This document shows positions 50,881-62,130 of a stretch of DNA of 64,000 nucleotides, piece after piece. Within the stretch, counting starts at the first letter, position 1. Each line of letters starts with the position of its first letter. Below the pieces are notes generated by a model that did not search any database, was not told the DNA's origin, and saw nothing but the letters and a program-made list of their open reading frames with translations. The position numbers were made by a program, and so were the translations under genes. The DNA comes from Isurus oxyrinchus (lineage: Eukaryota): the NCBI GenBank assembly GCA_026770705.1, contig JANJGN010000011.1, forward strand, positions 92,628,001-92,692,000, written 5' to 3'.

Positions 50881-52200
50881 GAAGCTGAAATATCATCCAT
50901 CAGATGCTTCATCATAGTTGAATCCACCAGTGTGTTAATGAAGTTGGTCACTACATCCACGCTGGGAAGGATGGTCTCTAACATCTGCGTAAAGCCTTGT
51001 TCCAAGTTGGTGTCGACTCCGCCATGCTCCTTGAACATTGAACACAGGCTTCTCAAGCACAAGGTATTTCATTGTGCATCCCCATCTGCCTTCCACTGAA
51101 TGCTGCCACATCGAAATGCTCATCTGCAACAGAACTTGTGTTACCCTTGCCCTCTGCCTTGGCTTCAGTGCACTCGAGCGTGGTACCTCACCATAGGCAT
51201 ATTCTGGCTTTAATCCATCCTCTAAGAAACACTCAGTATCTGTGCCAGTATTTGAGCTGCTGTCTGTGTGTGTGAATTCAAGTGACAGTGTGTCTTCATC
51301 ACTCTCTTGTTGGTTTTCCCCCACTACTTGGGCAGGTTGCAGTCCCTGGTTGTCAGAAAAGGAAAAGGCATAATGCTAAGATTGTGCTGAAGGGAGGGAG
51401 AAAGAAAGAGATGCATGCTTATACGATCTGCAGTTTGATCAGAAGGGATTATGCATTGAGGGGAAAGTGGGGTGCAAGAAGGAGAGTTTGGTTTGAGGAT
51501 ACCAAATCTTCAATGGATTCAACGCCACAGCTGGCCCAGTCTCAGTGATGGTCTTTCTCATAGTGGCCAACACTGTTTCCTCTAAGGGAGTTAGGACATG
51601 CAGCCATGCCTCTACACCTCTGGTTAGTTGCTGTTACCTTTGGTTGTGTGCCACTTTCCCCTGTAAGATCGATCAAAGTGTCCCAGTGAGTGTTGTGTAA
51701 TAGGTTTGGATGATGTGGCTGTCAAAGTTGAATAGCTAGCAGTTTATGCAAGCTGTGAGATGTAAGCTTGAGACTTGCAACAGTGCTGAGTGTGTAATAG
51801 TGAGGTAAAGCACATGCATGTTAACTATGATTCCTAATTGGAGAGATTGTTGGTAGGTGAGTGATAGAGTGTGGTGATTTGAGCAGAGGCTGAGGTTACT
51901 AGTGCACTTGGTAGAACATGCCATTTGAAGATGCATTCACTATCCTTGACTACCCACATGAGGCCATTAAACTTTTTGCAGGACTGGACCCAGGTTCTTG
52001 AGGCTAAACCTCTGGCCTTGACCTCCACAGTTATCTGCTCCCACAGCCTTTCAGCATGTCTGCAGCACCTCTTGCCCCCTTGTGGACGAGAATACAATGA
52101 TAGTGATGGACAAAGCCATCGCTATCCATATGCTTATCCATATAAGCACAAAAATCCTGCTTTATTGGATCCTGTTTTAAACTGCCAAAGCTGCTCACTA
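50880..52200 (-). mobile_element. Old Harbinger Myb/SANT gene remnant
   Basis: LWEQITVEVKARGLASRTWVQSCKKFNGL at 51950-52050, with downstream acidic and coiled-coil-like exon remnants. Confidence 0.7.
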
Positions 52201-52229
52201 TTCCATGATCATCCTGGGATGCAAAAATA

Positions 52230-54125
52230 ATCCTCGGCTTATTTTCTGTACTGTGAACTGTATTCTTAATCTGTCTCCTATCTCCTCCACCCTCACCTCC
52301 ATTAACAAGTGCAAAGAGTTCATGGGCTTCTTTGTCACTTTGAAACCATCAGCTATGTTTGCTACTTCCATCCCTTCACCTGTCCCACCTGGCCTAACTT
52401 CCTCTGAAGCTCCCCTCCTGCTCTAGCCTTGAACTTGCATCATTCTATAGTTTCTCTCCCATCTCCCCTCATGCCCACTCTGAGCTCATCTTGTTCATGA
52501 GTCCCACCTCATGCTCCCTCAACTCTATTTTCACTAAGCTGCTGACCACACAATTTCCCTTCCCAGTTTCCATGCTAGCTGATATTGTTAGTCGTTCTCT
52601 CATTTCAGGTACTCTTCATTTCTCCTTCAAATCTGCCCTTGTCACCCCTCTTCTCAAAAGAACAATTTGACTATCCTTGAGAACTACTGCCCTTCTTCAA
52701 CTTCCTTTTCCTCGCCAAAGTTCTTGAATATGTCACCTCCCAAATCAATGTCCATCTGTCCCAGAACTCCATGTTTGAATCCCTGAAATCAAATTTCCAT
52801 TCCTGCAACAGGACCAAAATGCCTATTATCATAGTCACAAATGACATCCTGTGTGACTACAGCAATGTTAAACCTTCCCAGTTAAGCAATGCCTCAATTT
52901 TAAAACTATTATCCTTGCTTTCAAATCCTTCCATGGCCTCAGCCTTCTCAATCTGTCTATAATTTTTGAAACAATGAATCACATTATTGCTGATAAAAAA
53001 GACATAGCTAAGCTTTTCGACTTGCACTTATCAGGACACTCGCAAGAATACCAATATAAGTGGAAAACAACAATTTATAATGGATGTGAAGAGTGTTGAT
53101 TCATTGGCAAGTGGCGTTGCCATGGAAAATGCACAACTAATGGTGACTGACTTAACTGTCAAGCAATGTTTGAAATTTAAACCAGGCAGTTTGACACTGA
53201 TTGGTCAAGGCATTGCGCTGAGGAATGAATCGGCGACTGGCTGTCACTTATTATGTTTAGCTGAAACAGGTGCAATGTATGTATATGTTCTTTCTGTCTG
53301 CAAAGAACAGGGTCCTGTGTATTAATATATGTAGTTCCAGCTTCTTGTACATGCAAATGCGCCACACTGTGAGCCTAACTAACAATCTTAAATTGGTTGT
53401 CACATTATCCTCCTCCAACACCTCTCCGGAATCATCCAGCTGGATGGGACTGAACTTGCCTGGTTCCAGTCTTATCTAATTATGGCCTGATAATCACCTG
53501 TAATGGTTTCTTGTTCCATGCCTGTATCATTACCTCTGATATACCCCAAGGATCTATCCTTCGTTCCTTTCTATTTCTCATCATGTTGCTCCTCGTGACA
53601 TAATCTAAAAGAACAGCATTAGTTTTCACTTGTATGCTGACAACATTCAGCCCTACATCACTACCGTCTCTCTTGACTCCTCCAGTGCCTCCAACTTATC
53701 AGACTGCTTTTCTGACATCCTGTATTGGGAAAACAGTAGTCTCCTCCATTTAAATATTGGGATGACCAAAGCCATTGTCTTTGGTCCCCACTACAAACTC
53801 CACTCCCGAGCTACTGAGTCCATCTCTCTCCCTGGCCCCTGTCTGAGGCTGAGCAGATTGTTTGCAAACTTGATGTTATATTTGACCTCAAGATGAGGTT
53901 CCAGCCACATATTTTCACCATTACTAAGAACATCTATTTCCACCTCCATAACATTAGCCGACTCTGCCCTGCCTCTGCTCGTCTGCTGCTGAAAACCTCA
54001 TCCATGCCTTTATTACCTCTATACTTGACTATTTCAATGCACTCCTGGCTGGCTACTCACATTATACACTCCATAAAGTTGAGGCCACCCAAATCTCTGT
54101 TGCCTTTGTTCTTACTTGTACAAAG
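52230..54125 (+). mobile_element. Degraded L2 LINE RT region interrupted by a PLE
   Basis: LSFKSALVTPLLK, FLAKVLE, IVTNDILC, PQGSIL, YADNIQPY, LHLNIGMTKAIVFG, YFHLHNISRL. Confidence 0.85.
52965..53403 (-). mobile_element. Second PLE family: GIY-YIG C-terminus and 3' tail with a degenerate hammerhead motif (about 53005-53038)
   Basis: DNQFKIVS*AHSVAHLHVQEA..YINTQDPVLCRQKEHIHTLHLF, and rc TGTC-CTGATAA-GTGCAAGTC-GAAA-AGCT-TA. Confidence 0.75.
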
Positions 54126-54499
54126 TTCCACTTGTAATCTGTTCCCTTTCCTTTACTACTTCTTTCATTCTCATTTACTGGTCCAGATCTTCTGGTTGAA
54201 ATAATGGCGAACTCTGAGATGTTTGCTGCTATTGAGGGCTGCAACAGCATTGGCAGTTTGGGGAAGTCAATTTATACCCAAACTCATAACTTCTGGTTCA
54301 CCAGAAATGTCTTCATGGGAGCCCCAGCTGATGGTCCCATTGGGATTGTCAGCACATAAACTTGGGCTGTTTGCCAGGGATTTCCCTACTGTTTTTACAC
54401 AGATTTATTAGTGCTGTTCCAAGCAAGTGTACAGCTTGCTTCAGGAGCCCAGCACTTAATCAGTGTCAAAGTACTCCAACATCACCCCTAGAGTCTTTT

Positions 54500-54645
54500 T
54501 TTACTCTTTCACTGGGTGTGGATGAAGCTGGATAGGCCAGTATTTATTGCCCATTCCTAAATGCCCTTGAGAAGATGGTGGTGTGTTGCCTTGTTGGACT
54601 GCTGCAGTCCATGTGGTGTAGGTATGCCCACAATGCTGTTAGGAA
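54500..54645 (-). mobile_element. 3' tail fragment of the 43931-45508 LINE family
   Basis: Reverse complement of 45360-45500 (ATTTATTGCCCAT..CCCTTGAGAAG..GGTGGTG). Confidence 0.8.
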
Positions 54646-56603
54646 ATAACCTTTCCTCCAAGTTAAATGTCTAAGATAGTTTTGCAAGATTAGACTGGCC
54701 TGGATTACTGGATCTTTTATTGACGTATCGGCTACCTGTTGTGAAGAAACAGGGCCATAGCACCCTTAAAATGGTGTGATATAATTTATTGCCCTATTCC
54801 CAATGGCAAATGGTCAATACTATCTCCCCAAGGAATTACCATCGGCCAACGAGCTTGTCTATCTGAGTCAGTCAATAGGTTCTTTTAAGATGTAAACCAA
54901 GATCCTATGACATATTTGGGATCTCCATTGTCATTTTAGAAATTAATTGGATGGAGTGTGCACTTTATTCACACTCTCCCCATTCGCAACTAATGGCTCA
55001 GCCATAAAAAGGCAGAGAAGATAAGTTTTAATTTATTTCTGTGGGGTCAGGAAGACTTGAAGTGCTCCACAAAAACAATCTGGTCTACTGCTACATTGGG
55101 TTGACCCAAGAATGAACCTCTACATCTCGGACCAACCTGGAAGACAGGCAGCTAGATACTTCGGCAGCCCAGGGCCACTGGCTGCACTGGGGAAGGTCCC
55201 ATTTTCTGCCTGCAGCTCATGTGCCCTATTTAAAGGACGCTTGCACCTCAGAAGGGACTGGGCCACCACTGACAGTATTATGCAGCAAGTTGCCTGAAAA
55301 TCTCAGGAGAGAAATGTCTGCTCCACTCTTCTGAGGATCAAAACGCATATACCTGAGTTAGGACAAATATGTATATATTATACTGTGATACCTGTTTTCC
55401 TGTATATATTAAACAGTGAGCTGGCTTAAGTTTCCAATGGTATTGTATGGGTTGGTGGTGCTACAAATGTAATGTTAGATGATAGGTAGTACCCCACTGT
55501 TTTTAGTATGTTATGTGACATATCAAACACTATTTGAGCAGACACATCAATAATGCTGGTTCAGCCTGCATGTAGTAGTCATATGATGTTATTGTGGAGT
55601 AGTCTGGATTTTTGAGACAGTGGCCATGTTCATATAGGTTAAATAAATGGTAAGAGTTTTAGTTTTTAATTATTTTAATTTTAAATTATGCAAATAATTT
55701 GGTCCCAGTTCTCCTGGACAGCATTCTTCCACCTTGACCCCTACTATTCTCAAATGGATTTCCACCGTGGACCAATGAGAGGTGTCAGAAGCTCAGTCAT
55801 CTAGCTACAGGTTGATGCTAGGTGATTATCACCATTAAACTGCCATTGTTCTGCACACTACTCCCTGGTCCCCTAATACAAACCAATTCCATGGGTCCCC
55901 TGCTTGTCAGGGTCTGCAAACAAAGCCTTTATCCATAGGCCATCTGGTCAAATGCACCAAACTAGCTCCGGCCATACTTTTGGCTGATTTTAGAAATTAC
56001 ATTTCTCTCTTTATGGTTTCAACACATTCTTCCTTCTTCAGATTACCTTCAAGCCTTCCTCTTACCATTCATCAGGAATTTTGCCACGACCCTCTCCACC
56101 AAGCAACTTTATATGAAATTACTTATCTCCCATTCAGCACTATCTTGAGTTCCATACCAACACTTGCCCTATGTAGCACATCCACTTACTTAGTGATCAG
56201 TCCCAGTAAACAGTATTTTAGAAAGCCCTTTCCTTTCTAGTATTTCTACACTTTAACTCATGTTTCCTGTCTCAACTCCTAATGCTTTGGCCACTGTTAT
56301 CTTTCCCTCCTTCTATCTATCTCCCCTAGTCTCCCTCTTCTTTCCATGGTGGCCAGCTCTCTGTCTCCCTCTCCTTCTCCTTGCACTTCTCCACTCCCCT
56401 TCTTTTCTACCCTTCCTGATCCCTCCCTCTTCCTTCTGTATGTAGTTGTCTGACCCAGCATGACCTTTGGTTTGTTTGAAACATTGAAAGACAAACAGAG
56501 CTAAAAATATTCCCATACAATTTCCTAATATGGAGAGGAATATTGACAGCATATGCTTCAACATCAAATCTGGAACTTTTGGTAAACCGACACATAAATA
56601 TCT

Positions 56604-58171
56604 TCATGCTTTCATCTGGACCTGGAAAAATTTATGAGTTTTGCTTCCAATTTCCACCCCTCCATCATTTTCACATGGTCCATCACTGACATTTCCCTTC
56701 CTTGACCTGTCTCAATTTCTGGTGATAGACTATCGACCAATATCCATTACAAGCCCACTGACTCCCACAGCTACCTTGACTACAGCTCCTCATACCCCGC
56801 TTCCTGTAAGGACTCCATCCCATTCTTTCAGTTCCTTTGCCTCCGTTGCAGCTGTTCCAATTATGCCACTTTCCAAAACAGTTTTTCTGACATGTCTTCC
56901 TTCTTCCTTAACCAAGGTTTTCCACCCACAGTGGTTGACAGGGCTCTCAATTGTGTCTGGCCCATCTCCCGCGCATCTGCCCTCACACCTTCCTCTCCCT
57001 CCCAGAATCATGATAGGGTCCCCCTTGTCCCCACTTAACACCCCACCATCCTCTACATTCAAAGGATCATCCTCCACCATTTCTGCCAACTCCAGCATGA
57101 TGCAATCACCTAATGCATCTTCCCTTCACCCCCCTTGTCAGGATTCTGTAGGGACTGTTCCCTCCGGGACACCCTGGTCTACTTCTCCATCACCCCCTAC
57201 ACCTCAACCCCCTCCCACGGCACCTTCCCATGCAACTGCAGAAGGTGCAACACCTGCCCCTTTACTTCCCCCCTCCTCACCATCCAAGGGCCCAAACACT
57301 CCTTTCAAGTGAAACAGCATTTCACTTGCACTTACCTCAACTTAGTCTACTGCATTCGCTGCTCCCAATGCAGTCTCCTCTCCATTGGAGAGACCAAACG
57401 CAGACTGGGTGACCGCTTTGCAGAACACCTTCGGTCTGTCTGCAAGCATGACCCAGACCTTCCTGTCGCTTGCCATTTCGACACACCACCCTGTTGTCAG
57501 GCCCACATGTCCGTTCTTGGCCTGCTGCAATGTTCCAGTGAAGCTCAATGCAAACTGGAGGAACAGCACCTCATCTTTCAATTAGCACTTTACAGCCTTC
57601 CGGACTTAAAATTGAGTTCAACAACTTCAGACCATGAACTCTCTCCTCCATCCTCACGCCATTTTTGATCCCCTTTTTTCTGATAAATATATATTTTTAT
57701 ATTTTTTTCTTTTCCCACCTATTTCTATTATTATTTTTAAAATTTATTTCCATCCATTGTTTTATCTCCACCTTTTAGTCTATTTCGATTCCCTCCCCCC
57801 ACCCTACCCCCACTAGGGCCATCTGTCACTTGTTCATCCTGCTTTCTACCCTTAATGTCACCATTAGCACGTCCTTTAGATAAATCACCACCATCAACAC
57901 CCCTTTGACCTTTTGTTTATGACATCTTTGGCAATCTCTCCTTTGCCTCCACCTATCACTGGCCCTCTATCCAGCTCCAGCTGTCCCACCCCCCTTAAAC
58001 AGCTTATATTTCACCACATTTCTATTTCTCTTTAGTTGTGATGAAGAGTCATACGGACTCGAAACGTTAACTCTGTCTTCCTCTCCACAGATGCTGTCAG
58101 ACCTGCTGAGTTTTTCCAGCAATTTTGTTTTTGTTTCAGATTTCCAGCATCCGCAGTATTATGCTTTTATC
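56604..58171 (+). mobile_element. 5'-truncated PLE with 8-bp TSD
   Basis: AAATATCT at 56596-56603 and 58172-58179. CNCRRCNTC..LVYCIRCSQCSLLSIGETKRRLGDRFAEHL. Hammerhead-like motif at 58034-58072 with mutated core GTGATGA. Confidence 0.94.
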
Positions 58172-58258
58172 AAATATCTATACATACCCAGGCTGGATTC
58201 TTGGGTACTTAATGATGCTAAGTGTTTTTTATTCATCCATGGGATGTGAATGTCACTG

Positions 58259-58449
58259 AGGGGGCTGGTAGCTCAGTTGACTAGAGTGTAGTCCTCAATA
58301 ATACTGACAGCATAGAGTTTCAAAATCTGCATGGACTAAGATAGCTCCTGGGGCCTGCCTCATCCTCTTAACCAATGTGGTATCATAGCACAGAGATGGT
58401 TGGAGAGCCATAATTAGCAACCCTTGGACAATGAGGATGTTCCATCGAG
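58259..58449 (+). mobile_element. tRNA-Ile-like SINE with 8-bp TSD, nested in a LINE 3' tail
   Basis: Head GGCTGGTAGCTCAGTTGACTAGAGTGTAGTCCTCAATAA resembles tRNA-Ile(AAT). Flanks TGTCACTG/TGTCATTG. The host tail resumes at 58458. Confidence 0.7.
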
Positions 58450-58829
58450 TGTCATTGGCATGGTCAACATTTATTGCCCATCCATAGTTGCATTTGAGAA
58501 GGGCAATTGACTTAAATATATTCCTGTATGCATAAGCGAAGCTTCAAATGTTAAAGTTGTGTTAATGTTGTATTTTCTTTTAAAGAAATGCACTTAAAGT
58601 ATAAAAGATAATGCGATCTAACTCTGTACGTGCATTCGGAAACTGAAGTCCTAAAACAGAGATTGCTAAATTACTATAGTCCAGTCTAGAAATCAACCAC
58701 TACAGATGAACGCCACCTGCACGGAGAAATTTGTAGTTCCTTAAACATGATTAAGTATCGAGTACCCAAAATTCAAAGTGTAAAATATGAATCTCACAAA
58801 GTACTCCCCCTACAATAATGTAAAGTGGT

Positions 58830-59294
58830 GGGCTAGTTATGCATCAGACTAGGCGGAAGTGTTCTGTTCGGGGGCGGCACCAAGAGCGGTGCGGACACCA
58901 AGACTAAACTATAGAACTGACAGAATCAAAGCGAGCAGTATGACGGCTTTTAATACATAGACGGCACTCTGCTTTCCTCCCAGCTTAAAAATCTATAAAA
59001 ACTCAAGGCCTCTCGCACTAAGTCCTGGCTGCAAAATAGGGACAAAGAAAAACAAATACGGGATTGGATGTGTGTGGACAAGGTGCTGGGAGTTGTCTGA
59101 TTAAAGTGCTGCGCTTTTCTAAGTATTGCGGTGCATTGCTGCACATTTGGAGCGTTCCCCGGGAGCAGTTCGAGCTGCGGGCGCGGACGGCAGCGGGCTC
59201 CGGACTGGCGCGAGGCTTTGTGACGGCAGCGGTCTCCCGGCTGGCGCGAGGCTGAGTGACGGCAGTTGGAGTTGGGGTCCGGGCGCAAGCTGCA
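58830..59294 (+). promoter_or_regulatory. CpG-rich promoter and 5' UTR of the RhoGAP gene
   Basis: Marked CpG retention over about 58600-59570. ETS-like GCGGAAGTG (58853-58861), GC box GGGGCGG (58871-58877), TATAAAA (58994-59000). The TSS is not determined. Confidence 0.7.
59186..59265 (+). repeat. 36-bp GC-rich tandem repeat x2.2 in the 5' UTR
   Basis: GACGGCAGCGGGCTCCGGACTGGCGCGAGGCTTTGT / GACGGCAGCGGTCTCCCGGCTGGCGCGAGGCTGAGT / GACGGCAG at 59186, 59222 and 59258. Confidence 0.9.
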
Positions 59295-59448
59295 ATGGGG
59301 CTCCCCACTTTGGAGTTCACCGATTGTTCCCTGGACAGCCCGGATTTCAGGGATCGACTGAAAGCACATGAAATCGAGCTCGAGCGCACCAACAAGTTCA
59401 TCAAGGAGCTGATTAAAGACGGCCTTATGCTGATTAACGCGCTGAAAA
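59295..59448 (+). CDS. ARHGAP42: First coding exon of a GRAF-family BAR-PH-RhoGAP, best match ARHGAP42 (GRAF3)
   Basis: [51 protein letters not shown], a 154-nt exon with Kozak GCAATGG and a phase-1 donor A|[20 protein letters not shown] and [11 protein letters not shown] match ARHGAP42 better than ARHGAP26, ARHGAP10 or OPHN1 as I recall them. The family is secure; the paralog call is less so. Confidence 0.9.
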
Positions 59449-59699
59449 GTAAGTGTATTAAAAAAATCGCTCGAGTTTGAGACTGTGGGAAAAGTTTGAA
59501 TGGACGGGAAAGAGCGCTCCTCGTGGCTGTGGCCAACACATCCGTAGAAATTGCCTTCTTGAACCTTTCGAGGCTTGAAGATTATTTATTGAAGAGTAAA
59601 TGTTTTCTAGGGATGAAATAAGCAGCTTCTTTAGTCTATTTATAATAAAGTAATGTGACAACGTTTGATGTTTATATGAATAATTGAAAAGGGCAATCA

Positions 59700-60720
59700 T
59701 CCAGAGTTACTGTTGATAATAGATAAGAGGGAGATAATTGATAAACTAGATCAAATCCAGATAAAGCTGGAATTGCATCCAGACATACTGACAGCCGTTA
59801 AGCAAGAGATAGCCGGATGACTGGAACGCAACTAATAACAGACAATGTTATTTCTATATTCAAAGAAAATAGGAAAAAATTCCAGGAAACTGTAAACCAT
59901 TAGCTTAACATCAGTGGCAAGATTTTGCAGTTTGTACTCAAAGATGTAATAGAAATAACATATAAAAATCGAAAATACTATAAAGAGTAGTCAATACTGA
60001 TTTTAAAAGGGAAAGTCATGTTTTACCAACTTTATTGAATTGTACTTTATTGAATTGATGACGAAATAACAGTTAGAATAAACAATGGTAATGTTGTAGA
60101 TGAAATATACATGGGCTTTCAAAAACCACAACATGGTGGACTCATGATCAGGATTGGAGCACGTGGAATTGGAGTATGTAGAATGGCTAGTGACCTGGCT
60201 AAAAACTAAATTACTCCGACTAGTGAAAGATGGGAATTAGTCTTCCACAAGACTTGGTACTAGGATCACTGTTCACTATTTACATAAATGGTTTGGATTC
60301 ATGAATCAATGTATTATCAAAATTTGTGGTTAACAGCACATGCTGTGTATATTTAATACTGAGGAAGACTGCAACAAAGTATAAAATGACATTAAAAGAC
60401 TTGCAGAATGTGTGTGTATATGGCACATGAATTTTTATATAAATAGATAAATGTGAGGTGGTGCATTTGGTTGGAGGAATACATTTTAAGTGGAGTAGAG
60501 GCACAAAAGGATCAAAGGTGACATACAAATCATTGAAAGTAGCAACGCAGGTTAATAAATCTGTAAAAAAAAAGTTCAAAGCACTGCAGTCATTTCTGGA
60601 ATAAATTTTCAAAACAGTTATGTTAAACTTGGGCAGACCACAGTTAAAATACTGGGCACAATTTTTGAATCCATATTAAATAAAAGACATAGAGGGGTTG
60701 GGAAGGTGCAAAGAAGAAAA
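59700..60720 (+). mobile_element. Highly degraded CR1 RT fragment in intron 1
   Basis: IASRHT, NCKPLA, F.KGKSCFTNFIE, VDEIYMGFQK, LVLGSLFTIYINGLD, RPQLKYWAQF. Confidence 0.8.
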
Positions 60721-60759
60721 TATATATTATGAAAGAAGAAACACACTTCCTTGGCATCT

Positions 60760-61145
60760 TTCACAGTTTTGGGGCATTTCTACACTTTTAAAGTGTAGTC
60801 AGTGTTACAATGTAGGAGACATGGCAGTCAATTTGTGAATAGCATGACTCCAAACAGCAATGAAATAACTGACCAGGTAAATCTGTTTTAGCAATTGGTT
60901 GGGGGATAAGTAATGTCCAGTTACAAATAATGTCCTGCTCTTCTTTGAATAGTGCCAAAGGATCTTTTGTGCCCATTTGAGAGGGCTGGGTGTTTTGGAG
61001 GTGGGTGGGGCATTAATTTAATGTTTCATTTGAAAAATGACACCACCAGCAGTTTATGATTACTGCACTGAAATTTCAGCTGAGATTCAATGTTTGAGTT
61101 TCTGCAGTAAGGCTTGAACCTGTGACCTTCTGAATCAGAGGATTG
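60760..61145 (-). mobile_element. Deu-domain SINE (SacSINE1-like)
   Basis: rc head CTCTGATTCAGAAGGTCACAGGTTCAAGCC (B box) and Deu core AAAAGATCC.TTGGCACTATTCAAAGAAGAGCAGG. Confidence 0.8.
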
Positions 61146-61929
61146 GTGGATGCTTGTTTGGTTGTTTTATCATGACAAACTTTTGAAAGATCTTAAATGA
61201 CTAACAGTTATAAAAAATGTGTTGCATTTACTGCAGAGTGACTGCACTTAGATTTTAATGCAATGTAGGAGATGGTACTTGTGTCTTCAGAAGTGTCTAG
61301 ACCTCCTTGAAGAAATTACCTGCTCTTGTGCCTCTGCAGGGTGTAGTATAAGAGCAGTGATGCAAATGGCTAGAGTTTGTACCTGCCAGCATTATTCTTT
61401 TTATATGGTTGTCTGATTTTTCCAGACATTGGACTGTATAAATCTTCTTGACTGCAGGGAAAGAAGGACATGTCGAAGTCAAGTTACAAATTGTGAGCTT
61501 TTGGATTTGCAATTGATTATGTTTGGTGCTGTGGAATTTGTTCTACAATGTAAATTCTGCTCTGACTTGATGCAGTTCTCTAAAATAATTGGTGTTAAAT
61601 ACAACCCTGTGAAGTTATTGGGAATCTTTAGTCTAATAAGCACAAATGTAGGTAAAACATCGCACCTGCTTGCATGACGAAGTTGACTGGCTCCTAGACT
61701 TAATGATTTGGTCTTTCTTCCATAACTGGCCCTGATCACCCTTCTCCAATCATGCATAATTCTACAAATTTATTTTGAACTATTGTCAGAATATCAGTCA
61801 GACAAGTTGTGCAAACATTGGTACTGCAACAAATATTGACTAATTATGTTTTTATAATACTTTTCATGTATTGAGTAACATCTTGGAGCTCTTTATTTGG
61901 AAGAGAATAAAAGTAGATGATTAAAAAAA

Positions 61930-62130
61930 GAAAGACAGGCACTGAAGCATCTTTCACGAGCTCAGGACATCCCAATGTGCTTTACAGCCAATGAAGTACT
62001 TTTGAAATGTAGGCACTGTTGTAATGTAGAAAACGTGACAACCAATTTGTGCACCACAAGTGGAATTGTGATAACGACCAGTTAATCTGTTTTTGTGATG
62101 TTGATGAGGGATAAATACTGGCCAGGACAC
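61930..62130 (-). mobile_element. Deu-domain SINE, 3' half
   Basis: rc TGTCCTGGCCAGTATTTATCCCTCA..ACATCAC..AACAGATTA.CTGGTC..CAAAAGTACTTCATTGGCTGTAAAGC. Confidence 0.8.

Noticed and set aside
58262-58340. Functional tRNA-Ile gene
   Set aside because: The anticodon and T arms are degraded, there is no terminator, and it is part of a TSD-flanked insertion.
58950-59539. Long antisense ORFs over the RhoGAP first exon
   Set aside because: Expected by-product of GC-rich, stop-poor sequence; no domain recognised.
60030-60058. 15-bp tandem duplication ACTTTATTGAATTG(T)
   Set aside because: Ordinary slippage duplication inside a dead CR1.
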